A stretch of 64,000 nucleotides of DNA from Octopus sinensis (GCF_006345805.1 NW_021832231.1:310001-374000), one strand, 5' to 3'. Positions 1 through 15,244 are shown, counted from the first letter of the stretch. Numbers and translations: made by a program. Notes: generated from the letters alone by a model not told the origin.

Positions 1-225
1 TACTTCGAGCATCCATTGCGATTCTCGTTCATTTGTTAGCATCGATTCTGAGAAGATTATAACAGTTTTGTCACCTTGCTGGGTTTTGGAGGTTTCGAGA
101 AGTTGTCGAATTGAGATTTGAGCAATTTCCTTCGCTGCCACAGGGTTTAGTTTGTCTAGAAAGGAGGGATGTGACAGCGAATCCATCAGTTCATTCGTGC
201 AGGAACACCATTTCCGGTACATCAT
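1..225 (-). CDS. RALGAPB: Ral GTPase-activating protein beta subunit, 5' end (continues off window)
   Basis: Spliced translation MMYRKWCSCTNELMDSLSHPSFLDKLNPVAAKEIA...SMLTNERESQWMLEV resembles the RalGAPB N-terminus (MYSEW...VGREVA...LKTDKEVKWTMEV). One 27-nt GT-AG intron. Confidence 0.75.
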   Translation of the reverse strand, partial: MMYRKWCSCTNELMDSLSHPSFLDKLNPVAAKEIAQISIRQLLETSKTQQGDKTVIIFSESMLTNERESQWMLEV

Positions 226-438
226 CAGTCCACAATAACTTAAACAAATTGAATTAAATACGATAACAATTTAATTTCCCACCCAAACTAGTTTATTAAA
301 CAAATAAAGAAATGTCGAATTTTATTAGGAGATGACCCCGCCTGAGAAAAGGATTGACTAGGCGAAGGCATGCTACAATTATCAATAATCATGATAAAAC
401 AAGTTAAATTAAGTCATAACAAAGAACAGAAATATGAA

Positions 439-3400
439 TCAAATAAAGCCAAATGTCTTGACTGAAATAGCGGATAGCAACTTTGATTTGAGCATTGCTT
501 TGGAAGAATAGAGAGGGAGATACAATCTACAAATGCACGTATTGGCAGTGGGGTAGCGACAGTCCTCCACTGGACGTACACTGATTGAAGGAATGGAAGG
601 AAACCCGTCATTCGAGGATGGGAGGAAAGGACTGGAAGTCCAGAAATAAAGCTGCATAAAAAACAACACTCAAACCAAGTCATGTTTGTCAGACGTGTCC
701 ATACGCTCGAAAATATTCCAAAACCAGGAAACAAAAGTATCCACGTTGGACGTGCCTGACTCGTTGGCAATAGTGGTGACGGAAATAAGAAAGGAGAGAT
801 CCAGTGCACGCACACCCGACAAAATCAGACTCAGATCTTCAGAAGAAAGATGGTCAAACAAATCAGCAGGAACAACCTCCAACACTCCTTGTCGAATTTT
901 CTAAACAAATGACATGAAAACGTGACTTGGAGAGCAGGTTCGCAACAAGTGACCATACAGTACATGGAATACAGACGGACATACTCCCTCACATTCTCGA
1001 CAGTCACAGGCTCGTCCTCTGATTTGAGTTGTGCGACAAATGAGGTCTACTGAGTAAGTGGGAATGAGTGCCTTATTAATATCAATGCTGGCATTGAATG
1101 TTAGACACAACGAATCCATCTCCTCACATGAAAAACCACACATTTTACGAAGTGACTCGTATAAAATGGGATTGTAAAAGGCAAAGTCGTGCCATGATAT
1201 TTCCCGGTTGATAATATATTTGAGAACATGCCGACACAGATGAATGGGGAGGACTCGACTGAAGAGAAGGCATAGTCCAATAATCCTAAACCCAGTCAAT
1301 CCAAAGCAAACCTCCCCACGTTAAGGAAGGCATTCAATCTGAGAGTGTCACCCTTACCCAAGAATGGAGCAAACACACCAGCCTTGCCCGGCTGCCAGAA
1401 CAGAGGAGAATTGTCAAAGTCAGGTTCGGACTGACTACCAAATAGACGCAGATCAATACTAATTATCCGACAACATATTTGCTGCCTCTTCAATGAAGGA
1501 ATCAAACAATGTCCGCAACATGGACAGACGTTTCAGTTGGACGTCCGGAACTGCAGCAACATTCCAGTAATTTTAGTGGCCAAGGCCTATAACATAATCA
1601 GCCCAAAAATGCCGGGTATTTGTGTCGGACACGTCTGTATATCGTTTTAGCCATTTCGACCATTTGTCCCGTGCACCCATCGGGGTCAGGATTATATGGT
1701 TCTGCGTTCACATTAAATCTACAAATATCACAACACACTCACATTGAGCGTATTTCCTCCGGACGGACTGAATTCTTTTTTTGATGTGACCGAACCAGTG
1801 CCCCTAAACGTGACATACATCGAGCCAACCCAAAGAAACGAGACTGAAGGCAGGGAGAGGCTCATTGGAAGTAAGCGCCTTTGGATAACAAAAAAGGCAT
1901 ACATCAGCCAAAATAGTGAAAAAACTGCGGACTACGCCTTCTCCCCTGCCCGGTTCATTCTTAAAAATGGCGTCGATTTTATTGAGAGTGAACAACTGGG
2001 GACGTGAACTGCTGGAGTCACAGAGAGCAATCTCGTTCAGTTTATTGAATATTTCAACCAACATTTTCTTATGGTCTCTCTCAACCTGACAATAAGGCAA
2101 TGTCGGCCACCTCAAAGGTCACCGAACGGGTGTTCTTGTAAGAAATACAAGACATTCGGGTCCTAAAACGATGATCCTTCGCCCGAAATCGAGAGAACTG
2201 GCAGATCGTTGATTGGGGCTGCTTGTCCAATTGGTCCAAATGCAGTTGAGCAAACAAATCAATCGTGTTGTAGAATTTTTTCAGTACCAAAGGAATAGAG
2301 ACATTCATAGCAGCAGATAAACTGTTTTGTCCCCTAAACATGATGTTTTGAGAAAGACAGACATCAACGGATCACATAAACTAATTCTAAAATCGGTCGG
2401 TTTGTCAGAATTCGGCGACAAGTCAGGTCTGGTTCTCTTCGATTCCCCAAACAAAATGTCCTTAGTGGCCAAGGGAGTCAACAAATGAGGCATAACAGCC
2501 AGGGGGAGTGCTCGACTAACTTCAGTGTCGAGAATATCATTCTAGCAATACAAACAAATCCAAACGTAGTCATTCGTAAAAGACGACACTGAATTAGACC
2601 GCCGGAAGAAGCATCGACGTGAATTAGACTGACACTCCCCTTTAAAAAACTAAAATACAAAAAAGCAATAACCCTGGCATAGGGGGAGTTATCCGAGCAA
2701 TTCACAGTGCCTTGGAGTACTTGGTAGAAATAGGCAATGGAATCAAAAAAGAAAGCGTAATGGAGATGTGACCCTAAATTGAGTGAGGTGAGCATCTGTC
2801 CATATTGCTCGTTCGACTGAGACCTCATCAATTGTAACAGACGAGTCAGACTATCTGGGAGTACATCAGAGGGAACTGACCTTTCAGAGTGACTCCCTCT
2901 GAGTTATCCCCCCTGTCTTCAGTTGGGCGCTTTGTACGTTGCCCACTGTCCCACATTTCAATACCAAAACGAATTCTAGCCTCGAGGGATTCAAACACAT
3001 TGAGAACTCGTGACCAAATTTGCCCAATACTCCCACTCAGAGATTCCTTCGAGTCATAGAATGAAATTACCTTGAGAGCGAGCACTTGGTCCTCGGAGGC
3101 CGACATGCCTGCCAACGACATAAGCTGTGCAGCATCCACCACGACAAGACTGTACATGTACGAATAATATATGCATGTGTTGGCTACAATATCATAAATG
3201 TGTGATACTCTTCATCTGAGAATCTGACATAATCTCTCGCCCTCCAAAAACTTGATCAGATTCAACTGCCCACATTAAATTGTCAGGGACAAGTCCGTCG
3301 AAATTTTGGACCCCCACATCTGTGACATTAAAACATTCAAAGACCAATTCCGATTGAAGAAGACGACGTCCAGTCGGAAATACTTTCTGAGGAGTCTTCA

Positions 3401-6400
3401 ATGAGATGAGAATGCTCGTCCTCGCTGTCTCCTTCCACACCCAACTGCATATCGTCGAACGTGTTGGACATTTCCCCCTCGTTTGGGACTTGTTCATATT
3501 CCAAGTCTCGAGATCCATTCTCCTCTGGAATTGTCTCCAATTGAGCTGAATGATGACACAAATCAGAATACAGATCAATTCCTCTATTCTCGTCGGACTG
3601 GAATCGTCATCACTGTCATCCTCTATCACGTCCTCGTAGTCATATCTCTCATAACTTGTAAACTTGAAACACGAATGGATACTTTTCGTCAATGGGGCAC
3701 CGATTATTGCCTCTGGAAGAAGAGTCGTTCTCTTTGTCGGCATCCAATGCCTGCGTATCGAGAGAACCATGTTGTGACCCGCCGAATATATCCTCGAGTG
3801 ACTGAAAGTAACACAAGCAGAGTACAGTCAGTACATTCTTCTCGTCCTTATAATCATTAATGGCAAAAGCATCCTCGAGTGATATGCCCAGGAGGATGGG
3901 GGTTATGATCGATGTCCCTGCATAGACTAATTCATTGGCCGCCACCAATGGGATGTTCCCAAAGACGCCTTGAAGTCTTGTAAATGCAGCCTGACACACA
4001 TCCCTGCCTATATCACGGAGACCACTACATTTTTGAAGTTGCCTTGAAAATATTGTAAGGGGAGAGAAGCATGTATATCCGCACAAAAGAGCGCATGAAT
4101 CGACATTGTGAGTCATTATTCAGCTGTTTGATTGCAGCAGCGAAATCGTCAATCTACAAGAGTATTTGCCAACAATACAGATATCTTTGTAATCTTGAAT
4201 ATCAAGTTGTAGCAGAACTTGTCTATACTTCCACATTCTCGTTGCCTGCCCGGACTATACAAGTAAACACAACACACAACCTAACTGAATTACGACAGTC
4301 ACTCGTCACGAAGGACTCCAATACATGAGGACTGAATATTATATAACTAAACACATTCTCCACAAATTCTTCCACTACACCAACACAGAAAACCTCGGTG
4401 GTTATTTCTGAGACGCCGCGCTGTCTCGTCACTTCCCCAATTCTCCTTTCCTGAATTCTTGCGCAATGCGGCAGTGACAGACAGCAGAATATGTTCATTC
4501 CTTAAATAAAAGTGGTCGTTCTCACCTGTCGTCCATCATATCCACAACACCCTCGATTTCCAACAGTACCTTAAACACCTCAAAACGAATTGAATGGGAT
4601 CCCAGATTCATTGCCCGACATTTACAGTGGAAATGGCAGTCACAAAACCCCGAAGTGTATTCCTTACTCAGACTATCGAATTACAAATGTATTCCTAAAC
4701 ATGCAATCATGTCCTCGGTGACAAATCACGGCACAATTCGCACAACAACAAAAGTTCTTAGTAATATTGCATGTTCGGCACTCATAGAGAGTCTACAAGT
4801 CACTGACTGATAACACCTGTGAAGCAGTGGCGGAGGAAGTCAGACTATATGTGCAGGAATCATTCTGGCATATCACGTGGAGAGGAGACACAGGAGTGCA
4901 ATTCAACAACGTATTGAGAACCAAAGAGTGGTCGTTCCTGAAATGACCGAGTATCATGAGAGCAGCCCCATAACAGAATTCGATAAGAGAATATACGAGA
5001 GGAGTGAATCCATTCACGTCACTTAAATATAACCCAATAAAAGCAACCGTCTACTCAGCAAGGTTGTCACCGTTGTATTCAGAATCTGAGACGTACATAA
5101 CATTTCCAGCACACACAGTGAATCCCGTTCTTTGGTATTATTTTTCTCTAATATATAATAAATGGACATGCAACCTTCGTCTAAAAAACTCTTTCCAGAA
5201 GCACATCTCTTTGAGGTTTTGGACTCGGTGGCCGAGTTACCTAAAACATCGTCAGTGTGGTGGACATCACCCTCAGTCTCCACTCTGCAGGTAATGACAG
5301 CGACGTGCATTGGATTTCTATTACCATCACAAGTCTCAGTGAGGAGAGAGTCGATTAGATTCATTCGTTGGTCGTCTAATGATTATACAAAACTAAAACA
5401 GTTATTCTGTGCAGAAATAATGAGTTCTTTTAGTGCTGCATGGTCAGAATTCTGGATTATAGGCATAATTACATGTCTCTAACAAATTATTATGTTCAAA
5501 TACTTTTTGAATAAATACAATCATGTTGAAAGGATTGCCGTTTACACTGCAGCTTCCGAAACCAACACAGTCAGTGGCAGGGAACTTGAGAAAAGAAGGG
5601 AGATAAGCGGACTCCTTATTTGTGATTGGAAATAGTCGAATGCTCCCATCCTGCCTGTCCCTCATAACGATAGGCATATTCTCAGCGCACGCCACCAATT
5701 CAATCTCCTTGGGTCGACTTGTCTCCATAAATCTGTGGAGTGGATGTTTAGTGACCACATTCCCCTCACAAGTAACAAAATGAGGTTTGTCGTCGCAAAC
5801 GGCAATAAGGTTGAGTCCTGGATACACAAATACAAAGTAAACTGTTTTTTGAGTACAGAATGTCATAAATATCCCCACAAGCTGTCAGTTTAAGCATGAC
5901 TGGACATTTCTGCACGGGATTCAAAATCCTCTTGTATGACCTGCACTATGAACACACCAAACATGCCTCATGCACGGAACGGCCTCAAGATCACTCATTT
6001 TGACAATTCTGTCACTTTCTGAAGAGGAGGACGCCCTCCCCAGCCGAATGAGAGCCATGTCATTATCCACCTGCAAATGACTCAACGTATTAACCATTAT
6101 CACAGTGTAGTAGGATGACACGGGAGAACGTCTGAGTAGATATGTCGACGATACTGGAATGGAGACTTCCCCACTCTCTCCATATTTTGGATTAATGGAA
6201 TGCCGTTCTATATTATGTTAGTGTGTGCAAACTGTGGGAAATATAATCCGACTCTTCCGAACACAATCTACATTTCACACTGTATTAACTACATTGGCCG
6301 GATTGATATATTTCCATCAGATGGACAGAAATTATTGACTACATAACCTGTCTTTGGAGGAGAATTGTACTCTAAACTGGGAGAGAATGCAATGGCCCCT

Positions 6401-7847
6401 CCAATGTAGATAGACATGTTGTGATAATACACTTTGCTCCCCACACTTATTTTCGAGTCCAAGTCTCGAGAAGCCGGGTCCATTAACCTGTCAATTTTAC
6501 AAGTCGAGAGTAATTTAATTCCCCTTGTAAATGTGAGAATTAGTTCTAACCACCAAAACACGTGAGAACGGTTTGTAAGGACTAATGTCTGACTGGGAGA
6601 ACAACACAACTGGACGACCTTTTCCCCGTCGAGTTGAGGGAAGCAGCAGGCAGCATGTTCTGCCTTTACTGCATAGTCCTCAAAACAGTCATCCATCCAC
6701 GACGCAATCTTCCCACTCTTGGTCAGACACGCAGCACGAGTAGGCGAGGCAGCCAGCATTACAATCTCCTCCTCGTCCAATCCCAACAGAGACGACCGTG
6801 GACTTGGCTCACAACGATATTTCGAACAAGACCATTTTATAGTAAATAACTTCCCCGAGGACTTTTCAACAAGCAATAGTTCACTGTACAGTGCGGCAAT
6901 ATGGGAGAAAAATATATCATCTGCCTAAACACTAGTACACTCAACCCTGCCTTATTTTGTTTCACAAATACAATGACGTCACCGAAAATAACTTTAGATG
7001 ATGTTATTCGAGAAGGTTCTGGAATGTTCGAAATCTCGCGATCGGAATTGCCTCGATCGGACAGGATAGTCGACATTTGTGGAATCGATATGTACTGTTG
7101 AGACGCCAGTTCACGGAAAGAAACACCAGCAGGAATCACCGAACTCAGTAAAAAGTTGGGATGAAAGGAATTTCTATCTTCTCCACTTTCCCGACTAAGA
7201 ATATTATTTATGGCCATGTTTGGGTCCAAATTCTAAAATTGGCACAAAACAGTCACCGTCATGCGAAGTTCTCTTATGATTTCTGTCCGAGGCCTCTGGA
7301 GTACGTTATGGACCTAAAATAGCCTGTTTATTCATACCGTGGTGATCAACTCCTCAGGCACCTCCATATCCCGCCTTGAATTCGATCCCGGGATTGTCCG
7401 AATAGGCACAGATTGCCTGTACATGAGTCACTGGTGTTACCGAGATCTCAAAAGCGTAGGAAGTGACACTCTGGACAACCTCCTCTTCGGAGTACTGTCC
7501 ATATAAAGAAATATCACATAACCTGTTATTTGGGGGTGTTTTGGACTCACGATTGTCCTCTGTTGTGTAGTTGAAGAAGCCTACTCGTCCGTTCTGGGGA
7601 TATATTGGAGGGAATACTTCAAATCGGAGTACTATAGTGGATGGAAGCACCAGGCATTGGACGATTCTGTTTCCCTCGGCACAGGAAGATTTAGTGGACA
7701 TATAATCGTTGAGAGGTGTGTTGTTATTTTTGATAGCTTCTTCAAAACTATTTAAAATATGTTAAAAAATGATTTATACTTTTTATAAAAAGTGTCCTTC
7801 TCTTGAGAAGGGAGGGTAACACAACAAATGCTTTGGTTTAATTCCAT
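439..7847 (-). CDS. UBR5: E3 ubiquitin ligase UBR5/EDD/hyd (UBA, UBR-box, MLLE, HECT), >30 mini-introns
   Basis: UBA VPEELIT...[24 protein letters not shown]; UBR box CQNDSCTY...YECRTC...CHRGHDC; [19 protein letters not shown]; HECT end [38 protein letters not shown]. Confidence 0.95.
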
Positions 7848-8299
7848 TTTTGGTCACAATGACAAGGACCAACGTGACAAATGCAATCAGTTTTAATTCT
7901 AATTATATAATTAATATTTTTATTTATAAATTTAAAAAATAATAATTTGATATATCTATTTTGCTGCAAGAATTATTTCTCTTGCTGCAAGAATTAGTCT
8001 TTTTTATATACTTTATTATAATTTTCTTAAATGTATTTTCAAAAAATAATATAATAGTTTTTAATATCTGACAAAAAAACTGTTAATTTTTAAAAATAGT
8101 GTATAAAAAATAATCGAATTATGTGGATTCATCATCAAGAACAATAAATTTTTGTCTTGAATAATAAATGAAATCACATTTCAAAAAAATTTTAAATTCT
8201 TCGAGTACAGTCCACTTTCTGTGGAATGATAACTCTAATGTATGAGGTGTAACCAAATTATATTATTATTAAAGCAATCTCGCGGAATCAAAAAGTTAA

Positions 8300-8912
8300 T
8301 TAAGATTCCACTTTTGCCATGCGACTCAGGATACGCTCTGTTAGTCGTATCCACGCTCCCCTGTTACGTGCGAGGCATCTCAGTTCGTCCAGATCATCGA
8401 CCGATTTCAGTTTCCTTCCAATCGACGTGAGATCATGGTCGAGCGTAGTCGGTAATGTTGCCGTTTTATTTAATGAGCAGAAGTAGGATTCCATGTTCTG
8501 ATTGGCCGGCCTCATTTCCGAGGCTCTTAGGACATATCCAAAGAGCATCCACTTCGTGAACATCACTTTCTTTGCAATCTCGGATGTATGGGTGATTCTG
8601 TAGAGTTCATTATTGGTCATCTTTTTTGGCCAGTGAATTCCCAGGAGTAGTCGTAGTTGTTTTCTGTAAAAAGAGTTGAGCTGCTCCAGTTCTTTAGCGG
8701 TTAGGCCCAAGGTCCCCGCGTTGTAAAGTAAGATTGGTTCGACAATACATGCATCAGCTTTTTGCGGTTGATTGTATCAAAAGCACGGGATAGATCAATT
8801 CCAAGGATTGAGATTTCTTCTTTGTGTTTCTGGCACATTGCACACAGCCATCTGTGGCTCCATACTACGTCTGCTGTCGACCTTCCAGGTCTGAATCCAC
8901 TCTGACTCGGGT
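8300..8912 (-). mobile_element. RTE-like non-LTR retrotransposon remnant (deleted RT plus C-terminus)
   Basis: ORF with YRKQLRLLLGIHWPKKMTNNELY and LARNRGAW; upstream QSGFRPGRSTAD and GIDLSRAFDTI fragments. Confidence 0.75.
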
Positions 8913-8933
8913 TTGATTCTCAAGCTTCTTTAC

Positions 8934-9380
8934 TCAAGGGTCGCAAATTTAAAAAAATTACAGGGGCCGCAAATAATTTTTAACAATTATTTTTAACTAA
9001 GTAATCAAAATTAGGTTTGATTTTACTAGTTGAAGTACGTAACAAATCACTTAGAAGACTATCATCAGTCAATCTGCTGCAAAACTTTGTTTTAATTCAA
9101 ACAAGTTTACTAAATATGTTGATCCAAACATCGCTAAATTTTTCTTTGCATTATTGACTAGATTCGGAAATCGTTTCTAAGGAATTATCGATAAAAGTCA
9201 ATTATTGAAATGTTCCTGAAAAAACTTTGTAGTTCAACATCATTTTGCAAAACAATCAATTCCAGTTGGTAAATGCCGGAAACCTCATCACTTTTCATAA
9301 TTAATGAAGATGCAAATAATTTCATTGAATTTGCACCTCCTTTAAAGCTCTGTCAGCTTAAATGTTTGTTTTGTTGGATG
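8934..9380 (-). mobile_element. Degraded hAT DNA transposon end
   Basis: CAAGGGTCGCAAA...GGGGCCGCA hAT-like terminus followed by decayed transposase C-terminal residues. Confidence 0.45.
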
Positions 9381-9386
9381 TTAAGG

Positions 9387-9925
9387 TCAATAAGAAGAAG
9401 AACTGATGGCGATCCTGTTTCCCCTCACTATTGCTTGAAACACGTTCTGGAGGAGCCATCTCTTCTCCAGAGGATTGTGTGTTCTCAAGGTCTTGAGACG
9501 TCCAATACACTTGAGGAAGCACAACGACTCCTTCCCAATCGATCCCAGGGTTTCGACAGCAACCGGCCGGAAAACGTAACGATCGGTGAGCCCATCATAT
9601 TTCTTCTTCTTGATGACCTCTGCTTTATCCGCAGCTGTGCCAGCATTGCAGGCACTTTCCAACATGTTTGTCTTGGACAAGAAGTCGAAACATGTTGAAT
9701 CCCATACGAGAGGCTTTCCTTCCAAGAACGGAAAGATAGTCATCCCGTCTGGGCGTTTTCCATCTCCTCGGTTTAATCCAGGTGGTTCCGACACTGATGG
9801 GAATCCGATTGAATCGAGAGCTCTTCTTATAACGTCGTTGAGAGCTGAATGCCTCGGGAATCTACCAGAGCTTTTTCGATATGAAAGAGGGTGGAGTCCA
9901 AATTCCAGCCTTGATCGTCGAATTT
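9387..9925 (-). mobile_element. CRE-like non-LTR retrotransposon 3' fragment (restriction-like endonuclease)
   Basis: [21 protein letters not shown]...WDSTC...PVAVETLG...RGN motif set. Confidence 0.85.
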
Positions 9926-10091
9926 GATGTTTATGATGCGTCTGTGTGTCAGCTTAAATTAAATATAAAAATCCTATTTTTCTTGGAAATTTTTCGAAAA
10001 GGTTTAAAATCCGATATCACAACAACAAATAATAAACGTGACAATATTTTATTCATAAAATTTAAAAATAGAAAATCTCCAAATAAAATAT

Positions 10092-10310
10092 TTATAGAAA
10101 AATAAGCCCCTCAATTAAATTCTGAGGGCCGCACATGAGAATCACTGGTCGTCCAGATCCTGGTTTTCGATGAATCGTGCCTGTCTTCTTGTATCGTTGG
10201 ATAAAATTAGACAATGTTGCCTCATGTACCCCGACTTTTGAAGAAATTGCCAGAAATGGCCTTTTGGTTTCATATAAGGCAATAATTTTTACTTTCGTGA
10301 AGTCATCCAT
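10092..10310 (-). mobile_element. Tc1/mariner transposase N-terminal HTH remnant
   Basis: KVKIIALYE...FIQRYKKTGTIHRKPGSGRP motif. Confidence 0.7.
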
Positions 10311-10649
10311 ATGATTTTTCCTAAAATAAAGATATTAAAATCTTATAAAGAGATATTTGTTTAGATAATTTTTTTGAATCATTTTTTTTGTCACTGACAT
10401 ATACTAACATATTGTGTGTTATGCTTTTAATTTTTCCAAATTAATGTAATTAACAAATATTTTATTAAAATTAAATAATAATAATTACAACTAATCTATT
10501 AAGTTTTTTGAAATTAGAATATTTATAAGATTTTTAAGAAAAAACTAAATATGAATTTTGAATCATTTTTTTTGTCGAGGAGTGTATATACCAATTTTAT
10601 TAAAAAATTTCAGATTCGCAGAACCGAAGCAATTATTTTATACGATCAA

Positions 10650-13086
10650 ATGTCAACTCGATTTACAGCAATAATAAAATGGTTAGCGGTTTTCATTATT
10701 CCAAAATTGTCGCTAGCTATATATTCCAATCCGAAGTATAAAAATACGAATGTTTACTTTCATCTTTTTTTTGTTTATTAATGAGAACTGGAGTAATTTT
10801 GAGAATTGTTTATTATAGTTATTTCATATGACTACATAAGGATTGAAAATGTCACATGGTTTGAATACATGAATTTATGGAGTACAAATTACAAACCGAT
10901 AACAATATATGGAGAATATTATTGGATGATTGAACATATAAAAATGGGTGATGGTAATTTTATTCACATTTTTTTAGATCTAGGATGGGTTGGATTTGAC
11001 AGTTTTTCTGCTTGGAGTTTGGGATATGTCTATGGGACTAAGTTTTGCAATTTGGACGGAAAGTCTAATGGATAATTCAATTTTAGATGTATAAAAGATT
11101 TGATTTTTTGCTTATGGGGGTTACATTGGTATAAGGACTGTCATGAGAAATATTTCGGGTATTTAGTTCAAAATAACCACCATCAATATACAATTTCAAA
11201 CTGCGAAAAAATTCACGATTATTGTCCTAACATAGATTCTATTTCAAAAGGTGACATTAAAGAATGTAAAAATGGAAATGGTAATAATAAAATTATTGTT
11301 TGTAAAGAATCAAGAACTGTAACATGCAATTACGACATCTTTAGGAACCTTCAGATAATCCAAGTCGAAAGCACAAATAAGGTGAACCGGAAAATAATTA
11401 ATAGGACGTAAAAAACATTAACCAGTTTTTGAATTATGCAAATGCAAAAAATAACTTGACGGAAAAAGAAAGTCAGGTATTTTTTTACAGTAGAGAACAA
11501 TTGCAACCACATTATTATTGCATTTAGGCAATTCTTTCTAAAATCAGCAATCAATTGTCTTATTCCAAATCCACAGTTTCTGATGAAATGGTGAAATCAA
11601 CAAACATCAAGTCATACATCATTTTTAATTTAATTAGAATTATGAAGACCATAACAAATACAATAATTTCTACTGATGCCAAACCAGGCACAACCAGATT
11701 TAGTTTAGAAAATTTTGATGCAAATTTGTTGACTTTGAACAGAACAAACATAAATTCGCCGATTCTAGATAATACTGAATCCGCAATTAAAATAAAATTT
11801 GACAAAAAACATCTTCAGGATTTAGTAGAAGGTAAAATAAAATATCTTACCTGTAAGAATCTGCAAAACTAAAAATAGCATTTGTTTTTTGGAAGAACGA
11901 TGAACTTTTTAACATTTTTAATAAATCAAAGCTTCAGACATCTGTTGTGGGAATATTGGTGAATACTAACAAACCGATTCACAATTTGAAAATAAAACTT
12001 GAGTTTCCAGGAAGTATGTTTGTATAAAAATAAATAAGATTTCACTATAAAATCAGTTTGTGTATATCTGAATGTGTCCACACAAGACTGGAAGTCAAAT
12101 GGATGCACCAGTAAGATTACAAAAAATGGGATACAATGTACGTGTACTCATCTGACTAATTTTGCAGTCATTTTTGTATTTTTTGTGAAATAATTATTGC
12201 ATATAGGACCCGTCTATAGTAAAAGAATATAAATGGCTGAGCATTCTTACAAATGTTGGTCTTGCAATATCAATAATAACAGAGATTGTCGTCATTGTTT
12301 ACTCGATTGTGTCTTGGAGGTCATGTGATTACTTTACATTTCAGAAATGGACATAAATCTTATTCATTTCATTTATTTTTAAATTTATGCATTGCAATGC
12401 TTCTGATGAACCTTGTTTTTGTTTTTGGGATGGAGTTCGGTAAAAATAGGAGTTGTGGGGCAGTTGGATTCCTACTGCATTATTTACTGCTGTCTGTGTT
12501 TGCCTGGATGACAGTAGAAGGGGCCTTTTTCTACTATTTATTTGTCCGAGTTTTTGGAAATATTCCAGTCGATTTTTTAAAAATTGCATTTTGCACTGCT
12601 TGGGGTCAGTTTCTAATAATAAAATCAACTAGGCGTTCCCATCATTCCACCGATCATCATATCTGCTATTAATTGGAAAATGTATATGCAAAAACAAATG
12701 TTTTTGTTTAACTTCATTTTTAGATGCTGGCTTAATGGACTTGCATTATATTTGAGCCTATACTTCCCTATTGCTATTTGCTTAGCTATTAATGTCATTA
12801 TTTTCATACTCATCCTTATTAATCTCGATAAGAATAGAACACAAAAAAAATCATTTTCAAAAAACACCTCTTCAAAATTTAAAGAATTCTTTTTGCTATT
12901 CGGATTAATATTCTTTTTTGGTAAATTATTTTTATTTTTTAAGGTATAACTTGGGTTTTTGGTTTTTTCATAAAGTATCACCATTCAGTTTTTCTGCAAT
13001 TTATCTTCGTTTTCTTAAATTCGTTTCAAGGTTTTTATCTGGCTGCTTTGAGATTTTCCGCATATAAATATCAATCAAAACTTTAA
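10650..13086 (+). CDS. Adhesion GPCR (GAIN/GPS plus secretin-family 7TM), copy A
   Basis: Signal-like N-terminus; GPS motif CVYLNVSTQDWKSNGC...CTCTHLTNFAVIF; TM motifs LNLCIA, CGAVGFLLHYLLLSVFAWMTVEG, WGVP, LNSFQGF; multiple mini-introns. Confidence 0.9.
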
Positions 13087-13452
13087 TCCCATTATGTAAC
13101 TTAATACATTTAAAATTTTTTCGATTTAAACTCATTAAGTAATTTGATTTATTCTATGAAATAGTTATAAACATTCATCAAAAATCAATTTCGCAGATTC
13201 CAATTGATAGTCAATGTTATTTTAATTTATACACTATTATTATGTGCTGAAAATACCTAAACAATTTTAATTCATTTTTATCGATCTTAATTAATTTAAT
13301 ATAGTCAATTCATTTTCATTACTTCCTTTTTCAAAAATAACTAAGAAAATACAAAGAACTGAGTGTGTAACTGAATAGCCCTGTGATAAACTAGTTATTT
13401 TAAAAAATATTAATTTTTTGTATCATAGGGTCATTGATATAGGTACATTTTT

Positions 13453-14946
13453 TTATATTTGATAAAGCAGTAATAAAAAACCAAAGAATTGTTTTAAAAA
13501 ATGTAACTTTCTTACTTTGTTCGACGTCTTTTCGATCTGAGGTCTAAAATAAGAGAGAAACAAATCACTCGGGGAGTCAGTAACTTGTCCGTCCTCAGCA
13601 AAATATTTACTCCGAACACGACGCAAAATAAGCGGGGATTGCTCCAATAACACATTGCTGGTATTGGCAGTCTTCATTGGACTGGCAAATTTACAAATAT
13701 TGTAATCTCTCAGTCTCCAAATACTCCCAGGATTAGCCTAACAGTCAATCAGCTCATCACAACAGAAATTTCAGCCATCAAAAACGCATCACTGACAAGC
13801 TTCCCTGTCTTTGTATCGACATTACCCATCGCGACACTCAGTGCATATTCCTCGTCCAATATACTTCCAAATAAACACAAATAGAAAAGACCACTGATCC
13901 ATGCCTTTGACGGATAGGGGAATCATGTTTAGTGAATGGACTAATCCTTTCTTCACATCAAACACAGGCTGGTAACGAAATGCTTTAAACACCTCCGAAA
14001 AGTTGGATGAATACTCTCTGAGTTGTTCGGAAGAGTAGTTCGTAGGAAAAGCCGCTTTGACTCTCAACGAGACATTCTGGACTGAAATGGAAAACTTACT
14101 TCTTCAATATCCCACTCCTCCTCCCAGGTGTAGTCCCCTTCAGAATAAATTATGGACTTGGCTCGGACAATTCCAATTCCGGGAAGTGAGGGGAGATAGT
14201 CACACCCTGCCAAAATACACATTCTGAGGAATTTTAGATCGTTGAGTTTATCGTTGATTATTCTCCCAATATTTTCCATATCGACGAAATCCCCTTTCCC
14301 CGAATCGTCCAGTTTATACAAGACCTGACCAAATAATCCCAACCAGAGACCTTATGACAGCCAAAAGCTAACAAATCAGAGTCCTCAGAAATAGCAAAAT
14401 CGACTAATCCTGTTTTAAATAAATGGGCGATTTGAGAATCAGCCTCGTAGGGGGCGACTATAAAATCGACGTCCATTTCTATGCAAAGCCTCATCAAGGA
14501 TCGAGCCATCCTGAAATCCACTCCGACAGCTCTCCGCATGTACTCGTAGGCCTCGCTCTTCTTGCCTCGAGATAATAGTTTAAGCGCTGTTTCTCGATTT
14601 TGTTTACGATTGCTTTAAAATGTGATTTAATTAAATAAACTCTGATCGTTTTTTGTTTGTTTCTGACTTGAGGGGGAAAGGGAGTCCGTCAAATACTAGA
14701 ATTGGCACGATTTTATAAGATATCAATAAATTTATCATTTTTTGGCAAAATTTTAGATATCTGTGGATGATTATGATGTGAATACGCAGTTGTTGGTCTT
14801 TCGTGAAATAAATCGGATATGCAGCAAAATGTTCCCCGATGTAACCAACAATATGCGTCAACTGCTACGCGACAGCCAGAAAAGTGACTAAGTTTTTTGT
14901 GGGTTGTGATTGGAGCTAAGAATTTGTGCAAAGATTTAATTCCCAT
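13453..14946 (-). CDS. EXO1: Exonuclease 1 (XPG/RAD2 family); 3' end approximate
   Basis: MGIKSL...VAVDAYCWLHRG, VFDG, VAPYEADSQIA, SEDSDLLAFGC, CILAGCDYLPSLPGIG, FRYQPVFD. Confidence 0.92.
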
Positions 14947-15244
14947 ATTTATGACCCACCACACGTTAATCAAGCGGTCCTGTATTATATTATTTAATTG
15001 AACATGGTTTTAAATATTATTTAACAATTTTATAGCAATTATAATTATTATAATAAATTATATTTCTTTAATTTATTTTTATTTAGATAATTTTTGTCAT
15101 TAAGTTTAGCCAGTATAGTTCAATTACAATTAAAAAAAATTAAAATTATTAAGATTTTAATTAATTTATAATAAAAATAAAATACTTCCTATAATCAGAT
15201 TATCGTTTTATTGTTCTTGTTGGTCATTAATTGTATTCCTAGAA